NCBI GenBank assembly: GCA_040768985.1
Contig: JAXGLX010000002.1
Span: 4,485,871 to 4,549,870 of the forward strand
DNA: 64,000 bases
Source: Acidobacteriota bacterium
GTDB taxonomy: Bacteria > Acidobacteriota > JAAYUB01
Direction: 5' to 3'
Shown: positions 1 through 8,684 of the stretch, piece by piece
Layout: the number at the start of each line of letters is the position of its first letter
Numbering within the stretch: position 1 is the stretch's first letter
Notes under the pieces: model-generated
What the model saw: the letters and a program-made list of their open reading frames with translations, nothing else
What the model was told of the DNA's origin: nothing
The model's database searches: none
Position numbers and translations under genes: made by a program

Positions 1-2346
1 GTCGTCGGGATTGATCTCGAGCATCCCTTCCGTCAGGAGCATCCGGGATCCCTCCACCCAGACGGACAGGGGGAACCCGCGATGAGAATGCTCCACAGCG
101 GAAACCGTCAACAGGTACGTTCCCCGTTCGGCAGTCACAGCCGCTATCCCCGCCTCACCGCTTCTGCCGGTGTCCGCCATCCGGCCGTGCCACCGGAACG
201 GGGCGGGATCACGACGGGCCAGGCCGGCCTCCCGGTGATACGCGCCGATGAACCGGCCCATTTCCGCGCGGATCTCTTCCACGTTCCTGAATTCAAAGCC
301 GACGGCGCCCATCCGACGGGCAATGCGGCAGAGAATCTCCCAATCCGGCAAAGCATTGCCGGGAGGTGGGACGGCCCGCCGGACCATCTGCACCCGGCCC
401 TCACCGTTGATGAAGGTTCCGTCGGATTCGGTGGCCGCCGCCGCCGGCAGCACCAGGTCTGCGGTGCAATAGGGCTCCGGCGGGTAGATGTTCTGGAAAA
501 TCAGGAAATCGGCCGGGACTTGCGGCGCGGGGGGCAGCTCGCCCAGCAGGTACAACACCCGGCTCCGCTGTCCGGCCCAGAGCCGCCAGGCGTTCCAACT
601 CCCGTCCGCGGGCGCCAGGGGCACCCCCCAGATCTGTTCCGCGAGCCGGCGTTGCGCGTCGTCGTCCAGCGGCACGCCGCCTGGGAGAACCTCCGGGTAG
701 GCGCCGGCCATCAGCGAACCGACCAGGTTGTTTTGCGCCGGCAGGGGCATGAACCGGGCTCCGGTGGCGTCGGCCAGCTCGGTCAGGATCGCGAGGATTT
801 CCGCCGCCCCGTCGCACTGCATGAACTCGGAGCCGACCAGGATCACGGTGCGTTTGGATTCCCGCAGCAGCCGGGCGGCCTCACCGAGGTCGCTGTCCCG
901 GCCGGCGGCGCTCGCCCCGGCCGGAGCCGCAGCCGCCGGCTGGACGCGGTCCAGCAGGCTGCGGAGCAGGCCGGCTTCGCCGCCCGACGGCGGTTGCAGC
1001 CAGATCTGGGCGAGCAGGCTGTAGCTGTGGCGATGCGGATTCACGGTGATGAGGCGGATCCCCTGCTTGAGCGCCCGCCGCAGGGCCACCCCGACCACCG
1101 AGCGTCCGAAGCGGGAATCCAGACCCACGGCCAGGATGACCTCGGCCGCGGACAGGGCCGACAGCGGCACGCTCCGGCCCAGGAGGCGGAGGTAGGGGTC
1201 GAACGCCGGCCCGTAGAAGATCCGGGCCGTGGTGTCCACCTGGTGGGAGCGCATGACCACCCGGGCGAACTTCTGGGCGACGTACAGGTCCTCGGTGCAG
1301 CAGTTGGTGGATGCCAGCAGGGCGAACTCCTCCGGCGGACAGGCGGCGAGCTTCTCGGCCATCAGCGCGGTGGCCTGGTCCCAGGAGATTTCCGTGGGGA
1401 TCGAGCCGTAGCGGGCATAGGGGTTCCGGAGCCGCCGGTAGCCGCTGACCAGCTCCGTGTTGCAGAAGCGCCCCTTGACGCAGAGCTGCCCCTGGTTCAC
1501 CACGGGATCGTCGGCGGGCAGGCTGCCGATGACCCGTTCGTCCTTCACCAGCAGCCGGAGCTGACAGCCCACGCCGCAGAACGAGCAGGTGGTGGTCTCC
1601 TCCCGGTCGGGCTTGCCCTCCCAGGCCCGGGCTTTCTCGCGCAGGGCGCCGGTCGGGCACACCGCCACGCAGGCGCCGCAGAACTCGCAGCCGCCCGCCA
1701 TGTGGGTGCGGTGGAAGGCCGGCCCGATGATGGTGTTGCGCCCGCGGTTCTTGTACGCCAGCACGTTGGCGGTCCGGACCTCCTGGCACATCCGGACACA
1801 CCGCCCGCAGAGGATGCACAGGTTGTAATCGCGGTCGTAGAAGGGATCCTCCGTCTCCACCCGGAGGTTGCGGTAGTAGATCGGGTGATCGATGCGGTCG
1901 ATGCCCATGGATTCCGCCACCGCCTGCAGCTCGCACAGCGTGTCCTTGGGGCAGTACCGGCAGCCCGTGGTGACCCCGGACTTGCGGATGGTGGGCATGA
2001 ACTCCTTGCACTCGGCCTTCTCGTCGCAGACCAGGCAGCTGGAGGTGTGCTCCGTCAGGAAGAGCTGCAGGATGTCCCGGCGCATGGCCTCGATCTGCGC
2101 GGTCCGGGTGCGCACGATCATCCCCTCTTCCACCGGGGTGGTGCAGGCGGTCGGAAAGGTGCGCACCCCTTCGACCTCGACGATGCACATGCGGCATCCG
2201 CCGTGCGCCGACAGGCCGTCGAGGTAGCACAGGGTGGGTATCTCGATGCCATGGGCGCGGGCCGCCTCCAGAATCGTGGCGCCCCGGGCGGCCGTGATCG
2301 TCCGATTGTCAATGCTCAACGTGATGGGAATCTGCTCGGTGCTCAC
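1..2346 (-). CDS. NuoG-like Fe-S / molybdopterin-oxidoreductase-family subunit, partial (C-terminus beyond window start); GTG start overlapping the NuoF-like stop
   Basis: Own reverse-complement translation of frame 0 runs open from 2346 to position 1: N-terminal 2Fe-2S motif (C-x10-C-x2-C), His-ligated cluster HTSSCLVCDEKAEC, two ferredoxin-type CxxCxxCxxxCP motifs, then MopB-type TTCSFCGVGCQL...C. Not in the ORF track because it has no stop in the window. Confidence 0.75.
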   Translation of the reverse strand, partial: MSTEQIPITLSIDNRTITAARGATILEAARAHGIEIPTLCYLDGLSAHGGCRMCIVEVEGVRTFPTACTTPVEEGMIVRTRTAQIEAMRRDILQLFLTEHTSSCLVCDEKAECKEFMPTIRKSGVTTGCRYCPKDTLCELQAVAESMGIDRIDHPIYYRNLRVETEDPFYDRDYNLCILCGRCVRMCQEVRTANVLAYKNRGRNTIIGPAFHRTHMAGGCEFCGACVAVCPTGALREKARAWEGKPDREETTTCSFCGVGCQLRLLVKDERVIGSLPADDPVVNQGQLCVKGRFCNTELVSGYRRLRNPYARYGSIPTEISWDQATALMAEKLAACPPEEFALLASTNCCTEDLYVAQKFARVVMRSHQVDTTARIFYGPAFDPYLRLLGRSVPLSALSAAEVILAVGLDSRFGRSVVGVALRRALKQGIRLITVNPHRHSYSLLAQIWLQPPSGGEAGLLRSLLDRVQPAAAAPAGASAAGRDSDLGEAARLLRESKRTVILVGSEFMQCDGAAEILAILTELADATGARFMPLPAQNNLVGSLMAGAYPEVLPGGVPLDDDAQRRLAEQIWGVPLAPADGSWNAWRLWAGQRSRVLYLLGELPPAPQVPADFLIFQNIYPPEPYCTADLVLPAAAATESDGTFINGEGRVQMVRRAVPPPGNALPDWEILCRIARRMGAVGFEFRNVEEIRAEMGRFIGAYHREAGLARRDPAPFRWHGRMADTGRSGEAGIAAVTAERGTYLLTVSAVEHSHRGFPLSVWVEGSRMLLTEGMLEINPDD

Positions 2347-4232
2347 TGTTCACTCCGCCTGGACTCGAAAATGACGGCGTTGCCCGCCAATTGGTCGTAT
2401 CGGCACACTTCGTAGCAGGCCTTGCATTTGATGCAAAGGGCCAGGTCGATCCGGTGCGCTTCGGACCGCGCCCCGGAGATGGCGTGGGTCGGGCACACCT
2501 CGACGCACCGCTGGCACCCGTTGCAGCGCGCAGGATCAATGCGGTACTCCACCAGTTCCTTGCAGACGGCGGCCGCACAGTGACGCTCTTTGGCGTGCTG
2601 GAGATACTCGGTGCGGAAGTGCCGCAAGGTGGTCAGGACCGGATTGGGCGCGGTCTGGCCCAGTCCGCACAGCGAAGCCCGTTTCACCGTCTCGGCCAGG
2701 TGCTGCAGTTTGGCCAGGTCCTCCGGTTGGCCGCGTCCGGCCACCAGGTCCTCCAGCAGACGGACCATGTGCCAGGTGCCCACCCGGCAGGGGGAGCATT
2801 TGCCGCACGATTCCGCCTGGGTGAAACGAAGGAAGTACAGGGCGAGGTCCACCGCGCAGGTGTCCTCGTCGACCACGATCATGCCGCCTGAGCCCATGAT
2901 GGACCCGGCTTCGGCCATGGCCTCGTAGGCCACCGGCAGGTCGAGAAACTCCTCCGACAGGCAGCCGCCTGAAGGCCCGCCGGTCTGGACCGCCTTGAAC
3001 CGCTTCCAGGATCCGCCCCCGATGTCGAAGACAATCTGGCGCAGCCGGATGCCCAGCGGCACCTCGATCAGGCCCGGCCGCCGGACCTTGCCTACCAGGG
3101 AAAAGGTCTTGGTGCCATAATTGCCTTCCACTCCGAACTGACGGTACCACGCCGCGCCGTTGCGAAGAATATGGGGCAGGGTGCCCAATGTTTCCACGTT
3201 GTTGATGATGGTGGGGTGGCCGTTGAGGCCGGCGATGGCCGGGAAGGGCGGGCGCGAGCGCGGCATGCCCCGGCGGCCTTCGCACGAGGCGATGAGCGCG
3301 GTCTCTTCACCGCACACGAATGCGCCGCCGCCCTCCTTGAGGGTGATGCCGAAGCTGAAATCTGTTCCCAGCACCCGCTCACCCAGCAATCCGTGAGTGG
3401 TCATCTGGGCGATGGCCTGGCGTAACCGGGCGATGGCCAGGTGGTAATCCGAGTTGATGTAGATGTAGCCGTGGCCGGCGCCGATGGCGTACGCCGCGAT
3501 GAGCAGGCCTTCCAGTACGGCATGGGGATCGCCTTCGATGAGCGCCCGGTTCATGAACGCACCCGGATCACCCTCGGAACAGTTGCAGATCACGTACTTG
3601 GTGGTTCCGGCGGCGCCGCGGCAGATCTGCCATTTCCGCCAGGTGGGGAAGCCGGCCCCGCCCCGGCCGCGCAGCCCCGCCTCCTTGACCATACCGATGA
3701 CATCCTCTGGCGTCATCCCGAGCGCCTCATTCAGTCCCGCATAACCGTCATTGGCCAGATAGTGCTCGATGTCCTCGGGGTCGATGAAGCCGCAGTTACG
3801 GAGCACCAGCCGGACCTGGTGACGCATCATCGGCGTGTCAAAAAAGCGCGGCAGCCCGGCAGTGAGCGGATCGCCGTTGGAGCCGAAATGAGCAAAGGCC
3901 AGGTCCGCTGACGGATCGCCGTGCAACAGCAACCGCTCCAGAATCCGTTTCACCCGGGACGGATCCACGTTGGCATACGTGATGCGGGGATGGTTCGGCA
4001 GCCGCACGTCCACGAGCGGCTCCAGGTAGCAGGGGCCGATGCAGCCCACGGGGACCACCCGAGCCTCCACCTGGAGCTCCAGGAGTGTCTGTCGGATGGC
4101 GTGCAGCACATTTCCGGCACCGGCGGCAAGTCCACAGGTGGCGGCACCGACGTAGATGACCGGGACCGGGCTCTCCTCAAGACGGGCCCATTGTTGCCTG
4201 GCGGCAGATTGGATGGTCGAGAAGTTACTCAC
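2343..4232 (-). CDS. NuoF-like NAD(H)-binding flavoprotein subunit (51-kDa-type; HndC/HoxF-like) with C-terminal 2x[4Fe-4S] ferredoxin domain
   Basis: Track ORF; GLRGRGGAGFP NADH/FMN motif, ESCGKCSPCR cluster motif, C-terminal CNGCQRCVEVCP and CIKCKACYEVC motifs. Confidence 0.9.
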   Translation of the reverse strand: MSNFSTIQSAARQQWARLEESPVPVIYVGAATCGLAAGAGNVLHAIRQTLLELQVEARVVPVGCIGPCYLEPLVDVRLPNHPRITYANVDPSRVKRILERLLLHGDPSADLAFAHFGSNGDPLTAGLPRFFDTPMMRHQVRLVLRNCGFIDPEDIEHYLANDGYAGLNEALGMTPEDVIGMVKEAGLRGRGGAGFPTWRKWQICRGAAGTTKYVICNCSEGDPGAFMNRALIEGDPHAVLEGLLIAAYAIGAGHGYIYINSDYHLAIARLRQAIAQMTTHGLLGERVLGTDFSFGITLKEGGGAFVCGEETALIASCEGRRGMPRSRPPFPAIAGLNGHPTIINNVETLGTLPHILRNGAAWYRQFGVEGNYGTKTFSLVGKVRRPGLIEVPLGIRLRQIVFDIGGGSWKRFKAVQTGGPSGGCLSEEFLDLPVAYEAMAEAGSIMGSGGMIVVDEDTCAVDLALYFLRFTQAESCGKCSPCRVGTWHMVRLLEDLVAGRGQPEDLAKLQHLAETVKRASLCGLGQTAPNPVLTTLRHFRTEYLQHAKERHCAAAVCKELVEYRIDPARCNGCQRCVEVCPTHAISGARSEAHRIDLALCIKCKACYEVCRYDQLAGNAVIFESRRSEQ

Positions 4233-4713
4233 GGTTTTGCAAGATCTCCTTCAGCTGGGTGACCATTGTCCGGGCGTGGATCTTCTCGTTGACTTGGACC
4301 ACCGGGGCCAGCGCACAGCACCCCAGGCAGTTGACTCGCTGAAAATCGAATGCTTTGTCTTTGGTGGACTGTCCCACGGTGATGCCGAGTTGCCAACCGA
4401 GGGTGTCGCTCAGAAATCCGCCACCGTGGACGTGGCAGGCGGTACCCATGCACACCTTGATGGACTTCCGGCCAGGCTCGTCGAAGCGGAACTTTGAAAA
4501 AAATGAGGCCACCCCGAAGATCTGGTTTTCGGACAGGCGCAGAAACTGCGAGATCCGCCGCACCGATTCCTCGGAAATGTAGCCGAACGTTTCCTGCACC
4601 CGGACCAGAATGGAAATCAGCTCCCCCTCCTGGCCCTTGAACTGCTGGAAGAGGTCATGGTAATCCCGCGGGTCGGTGCCGGCGCCGGCCTCCGGGGTGT
4701 CGAGTGGATTCAT
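4225..4713 (-). CDS. NuoE-like 2Fe-2S thioredoxin-fold subunit (24-kDa-type; HndA/HoxE-like)
   Basis: Track ORF 162 aa; Cys motifs CMGTACHV and CLGCCALAP; 8-nt overlap with the NuoF-like start suggests translational coupling. Confidence 0.85.
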   Translation of the reverse strand: MNPLDTPEAGAGTDPRDYHDLFQQFKGQEGELISILVRVQETFGYISEESVRRISQFLRLSENQIFGVASFFSKFRFDEPGRKSIKVCMGTACHVHGGGFLSDTLGWQLGITVGQSTKDKAFDFQRVNCLGCCALAPVVQVNEKIHARTMVTQLKEILQNRE

Positions 4714-5988
4714 TCAGTCATCCTCGCTTTGTTGGACTCGGTTCAGGTGGATACAGTCGGTGAGCTTCACTTCGCCCCGCACAAAATCCTCCGCAAAGGC
4801 CATGCAGGTGGGCGATCCGCAACATCCGCAATCGATTTGTTTCAGTTTTTGATAGACGCGCTCCCGCTCTTTCATCCGCTTGATGGACGTCTCCAGGTCC
4901 GTGTCGAAGTAGCGGATCGGACGCGGCATGATCGGATACTCGATGGTGAAATATCCTGCCTGCATCTTCTGCTCGATGTCGTGGGTGTCGATCTCGATCC
5001 GCTCCTGATACTTTTCACCCTGTCGCAGGGCATTGACTCGGGCGATGTACGGGTTTTCCACGTTGAAGGTGCCGCCGACGCAGCCCAGCATGTGGGCCGA
5101 CGCCTCGATGAAGGTGACATTGCGCAAGCGGGAGTTCTCGATGTCGTCCAAAATTTGCATGACGTGGTCCAGACCCGCAATCACCAGCCAGTTCTCCCGC
5201 TCCGCCGCCCGGGTCAAGCTGCCCGACGTGACCCACTCCGAGTTGAACGAGAAATTCTCCGGCACCTGCTTCACGTCGAATTCCTTGTGGATGGCCATCA
5301 CGTGAGGCATGATGATGGAGTAGATCCCGCGCACCGACACCACGCCGTCGAACCAGGATTTATTCTTTTCAGCCGGCTGCTGAACGGAGGCGATCTTCGC
5401 CGGACAGGTGGCCACATAAAACACGCCGATCTCCTCGGCGGTGAGGCCCAACTGTTCGGGCAGGTCCTTTTTGATTTCCCGGGCCGTGATTTCACGCGGC
5501 ACTTCCATGGGGACGATCAGCTCCACCAGGTCGGGAAATTTCACCTGGATGAGCCGAACCACGCATGGGCAATAGGACGCGATCAGTGGCAGGCGGCCGC
5601 GGTATTCCTTGAGGTACAGTTCCAGCGCCTTGGCCAGGGCCACCGTGGAGGTATGCACGTCGATCACGCTGTCGAAACCGATTTCCTTTAGCGCCAGGTG
5701 AATCACGTAGGGGTGGATGTGGGCGTCGAACTGGGCGTACAAGACGGGGGACGGCACGATGACCTTGTGCCGGAAGTGGGAGAGTCCATTGACCATGTCA
5801 CTGTCGACAACAATGGCGTTTTCCGGACAGATGCCGATGCAGTTGCCGCAGTCGACGCAGAATTCGTCCGAGATGACCGCTTTGCCGTTGCGCACCCGGA
5901 TGGCCTGAGTGGGGCAGATGCGCATGCAGGCCATGTGTCCCCGGCATTTCGCCGGGAGGACTCTGTGGGCATGGAAATAGCGGGTCAT
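4714..5988 (-). CDS. Sensory-type (HydS-like) [FeFe]-hydrogenase-like protein: N-terminal 2x[4Fe-4S] ferredoxin, divergent H-cluster domain, C-terminal Cx2Cx4Cx16C motif
   Basis: Track ORF 424 aa; CxxCxxCxxxCP-type motifs at N-terminus; H-cluster-like motifs SYCPCV, ATCPAK, SAHMLGCVGG; C-terminal DCGCCGSPTCMAFAEDFVRGEVKLTDC. Confidence 0.7.
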   Translation of the reverse strand: MTRYFHAHRVLPAKCRGHMACMRICPTQAIRVRNGKAVISDEFCVDCGNCIGICPENAIVVDSDMVNGLSHFRHKVIVPSPVLYAQFDAHIHPYVIHLALKEIGFDSVIDVHTSTVALAKALELYLKEYRGRLPLIASYCPCVVRLIQVKFPDLVELIVPMEVPREITAREIKKDLPEQLGLTAEEIGVFYVATCPAKIASVQQPAEKNKSWFDGVVSVRGIYSIIMPHVMAIHKEFDVKQVPENFSFNSEWVTSGSLTRAAERENWLVIAGLDHVMQILDDIENSRLRNVTFIEASAHMLGCVGGTFNVENPYIARVNALRQGEKYQERIEIDTHDIEQKMQAGYFTIEYPIMPRPIRYFDTDLETSIKRMKERERVYQKLKQIDCGCCGSPTCMAFAEDFVRGEVKLTDCIHLNRVQQSEDD

Positions 5989-6007
5989 GGCAGTGGCTCT
6001 CTGCGCG

Positions 6008-6820
6008 TCAGGCTGTCGGTGGGCGAATGGAGAATTTCATCCGCAACCGGGTTCCCCGGCCGACCTCACTTTGGAGGTCCAACTCATCCGAATTTCTTTT
6101 GATGTTCGGCAAACCCATGCCCGAGCCGAAACCCATGGCCCGTTGTTCTTCGGTGGCCGTGGTGTACCCCTCCTGCATCGCCTCGGTCACGTCCGGAATG
6201 CCCTTGCCCTCGTCGTCGAGGATCACCTCGATGGCGTTGGGGGTGACCGCCAGGCTCACCTGGGCCCGCTTGGCGTGCATGATCACATTCATCTCACCCT
6301 CGTAGGTGGAGATGGCCACGCGCCGGACGATCGTGGGATCGACCCCGATCTTCTTCAGGATGGATTTCACTTCGGTGGATACCAGACCGGCCCGCGAGAA
6401 ATCGCTCCCTTCGATCAGGAACTGGTTATTCAACAGGATGGACTCGGACGGTGGCGGGATTTCCATGGGCAAACCCGCCAGGCCGGACTCATGGGTCAGG
6501 GTGTAAATCCGGACGCAGCTTTCGTACATGTCCAACTGGGTGGACATCAACACGATGTTGTGTTCCCGGGCGAATCGCTCGGCGCCGTCCTTGGTCTTTT
6601 TGCCACGGATCAGAACAACCCCGCGGAATTCGGCCATGTGAGCGGAGATGACCGACTGCTGGGAGGCGAGACCGGTCAACAGGATGGAGTCCGGTTTTCC
6701 GAACGCGAGCACGTCGCTCATCAGGTCCGAGGCGTAGATTTCCGTGATGTCGGTGGAGAGGAGATCCTCGCGGGCCAGCACGGCGGCTTCCAGCGCGAGT
6801 CTGATGGCATCAATCTTCAT
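6008..6820 (-). CDS. DRTGG-domain protein fused to HATPase_c-type anti-sigma regulatory factor-like Ser/Thr kinase domain
   Basis: Track ORF 270 aa; C-terminal ATPase G-box-like GFGSGMGLPNIKR; N-terminal half resembles DRTGG domain. Confidence 0.65.
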   Translation of the reverse strand: MKIDAIRLALEAAVLAREDLLSTDITEIYASDLMSDVLAFGKPDSILLTGLASQQSVISAHMAEFRGVVLIRGKKTKDGAERFAREHNIVLMSTQLDMYESCVRIYTLTHESGLAGLPMEIPPPSESILLNNQFLIEGSDFSRAGLVSTEVKSILKKIGVDPTIVRRVAISTYEGEMNVIMHAKRAQVSLAVTPNAIEVILDDEGKGIPDVTEAMQEGYTTATEEQRAMGFGSGMGLPNIKRNSDELDLQSEVGRGTRLRMKFSIRPPTA

Positions 6821-6904
6821 TCACACGCTCAGGGGACGGCGGTTCATTCAGCGTCTGGGCCGGGCCGATCCGCGAACGAGCAGGTTGTCGAACAGATACT
6901 GACG

Positions 6905-7240
6905 TTACTTGGCGACGAGTCCGAGCGAGTATAGTTTCCCGACCAGGTCGAAAGTCATCGTGTCAGTAGCGAGGAGGGCAATGTTATGACGGTTGGCCAG
7001 TTCGATGGTTTCCGGTGGGACACTCTTGCCGTTGGGGATGATGACGGCCGCAACATCCACCAGGTTGGCTGCCGGGACGATGCTCTTGTGGGTTTGCACG
7101 GTCACCCAGAGATTGCCGGATTTTGCGCCCGCCATGACATCACTCAGCATGTCGGAGATGAACACGCCGCTGATCTCCCGGTGCTCAAACTGGCTCAACG
7201 GCTTCAGCCCGAGGATGTCGATCACTTCTTTTGTCGTCAT
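6905..7240 (-). CDS. DRTGG-domain protein (small regulatory partner)
   Basis: Track ORF 111 aa; similar in sequence to the N-terminal half of the 6008-6820 product (ISDMLSDVMAG vs ASDLMSDVLAFG). Confidence 0.6.
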   Translation of the reverse strand: MTTKEVIDILGLKPLSQFEHREISGVFISDMLSDVMAGAKSGNLWVTVQTHKSIVPAANLVDVAAVIIPNGKSVPPETIELANRHNIALLATDTMTFDLVGKLYSLGLVAK

Positions 7241-7283
7241 AGTTCAAGCTCCGTGCAAAGATGGATGTTGGTCCCGGTTGCGA

Positions 7284-7826
7284 TTAAAACAACGGCTTTC
7301 GTTCCACCAGCGGCTTCTGCGAGAGCATGCCGACATCATGGATGAACTCACCCCGGCACAGGGCGATCTTCGGGATCCGGTCGAAGGAAATGAATCGGAC
7401 GGTGGACCGCGAGGTGTCGCGGCGCTGGTTGAAATACGCGCCGAGTATGTCCAGCCGCCTCTTGCTGATCGGGGTCCGCAGCCCGTCCGGCAGGTTGGAA
7501 AAGGCGACCAGGATCCAGGTCCGCTTTTTCTCCGCCCGCTTGCGGATTTTCTCCACAGCGCAATCGGGCAGGCAGGAGGTGCAGTACATCAGTCCCAGCA
7601 GGTCTTGGAAACTTTCACGCCGCTGGCAGAGCGCGCACTCGAGGTTGAAGCGGATGGTCTGGGCGTTCTCGACGATGCTCCAGGTGCAGTCTCCTTCCTT
7701 GTACTGATCCCACGTGTCCTGGGTGGAAAAGTAGGTCCGGAGTTCCTGGCAATGGGAGCAACGCTCGAAGACCGAGAAACCGAACTGGACGTCCACCATT
7801 TTCCACGCATGCTGGCAATGTGACAT
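7284..7826 (-). CDS. Cys-rich zinc-ribbon-like hypothetical protein (start moved to internal Met MSHCQ)
   Basis: Track ORF 7284-7877; CxxC pairs (CSHCQ, CALCQ, CTSC) plus further Cys/His; first gene of the minus-strand cluster. Confidence 0.45.
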   Translation of the reverse strand: MSHCQHAWKMVDVQFGFSVFERCSHCQELRTYFSTQDTWDQYKEGDCTWSIVENAQTIRFNLECALCQRRESFQDLLGLMYCTSCLPDCAVEKIRKRAEKKRTWILVAFSNLPDGLRTPISKRRLDILGAYFNQRRDTSRSTVRFISFDRIPKIALCRGEFIHDVGMLSQKPLVERKPLF

Positions 7827-8289
7827 CAGTGCACACCTGATAACAAAATAACAAGCCAGGCCTGCCGCCTGATCCAATGTGCGTACAAGAATGACCGGAA
7901 CAGTCTGAGTCAGGTTAATTCAGCAATACCGCGATGTCAAGGGATTGTTGCCGGAATCCAGGTTCGTCGGCACGCCGGGCGATGAAACAGAACGGTGCCT
8001 CCGACCCGAATCGCCGCGCTCGGATGGCCGGAATCAGCGGAGTTGCGGCGTTAATGAACGAGTCACAGCCGGAGCATGGTCGGTTGATGATCAATCCCAT
8101 GCTGAAATCCTGTTCGACCCGCCGCGTGCCGTGGGTCGCCGGGAGGGACGCCTGAAGGTTGTGCGTGGCCCAGGTGCGCACGGTACGGGGGGGGCGACGG
8201 GCCCATCCATCACCACGCCGACTGTTTGGTTCCGGCTCCGCCGGGTTGGGATTACGAATCAGGATGACGCGCTCGAACCATCAACGACC

Positions 8290-8650
8290 AACTATCCGCG
8301 ATACTGTGAACCTGTGAATCCGTGAACATTCCAACGTTCGAACATTCAAACGGCTCCATTACGAACACGATCACGATTACGGATTACGAGCTGGAACCAT
8401 CAACTCTCAATGAGCGGAAACGAGCCTCGAGCCTCGAGTCTCTAGCCTCGATTACGATCACGATTACGAATTACGATTACGAATCTCGATTACGATTACG
8501 AATCACGAGCACGAGCCATCAACTCTCAATGAGCGGAAACGAGCCTCTAGCCTCGAGCCTCTAGCCTCGATTACGATCACGATTACGAATCTCGATTACG
8601 ATTACGAATCACGAGCACGAGCCATCAACGATCAACCATCAACGATCAAC
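8290..8650. repeat. Minisatellite array: two tandem ~105-120-bp units (approx 8397-8515 and 8516-8620) built from GATTACGA / CACGAGCACGAG / CCATCAAC / GAGCCTCTAGCCTCGAG submotifs, plus flanking partial units
   Basis: Direct reading: unit ccatcaactctcaatgagcggaaacgagcctc[g/t]agcctcgag...cgattacgatcacgattacgaat...cacgagcacgag occurs twice in tandem; second unit lacks one 13-nt tacgattacgaat subunit. Confidence 0.8.
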
Positions 8651-8684
8651 AGTTGGCGAGCTTTCCAACCCCGGGCGCAGGCAC

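Noticed and set aside
82-2415. 777-aa plus-strand ORF
   Set aside because: Arg/Pro/Gly-rich translation with no motifs, lying antisense to the well-supported NuoG-like gene; a typical high-GC antisense artefact.
7878-8290. Possible small ORFs or structured RNA in the lower-GC intergenic stretch upstream of the zinc-ribbon gene (track ORFs 7915-8181 minus and 7945-8325 plus)
   Set aside because: No RBS, atypical composition for this genome, and I could not match RNase P, SRP or 6S RNA motifs by eye; left unannotated.
8322-8564. 80-aa plus-strand ORF translating the minisatellite (and the similar 9515-9736 ORF ending ...NEPLVSSL)
   Set aside because: The translation is a by-product of the triplet-like repeat words, and neither ORF has a convincing RBS; I treat the arrays as non-coding, though a repeat-encoded peptide is not formally excluded.
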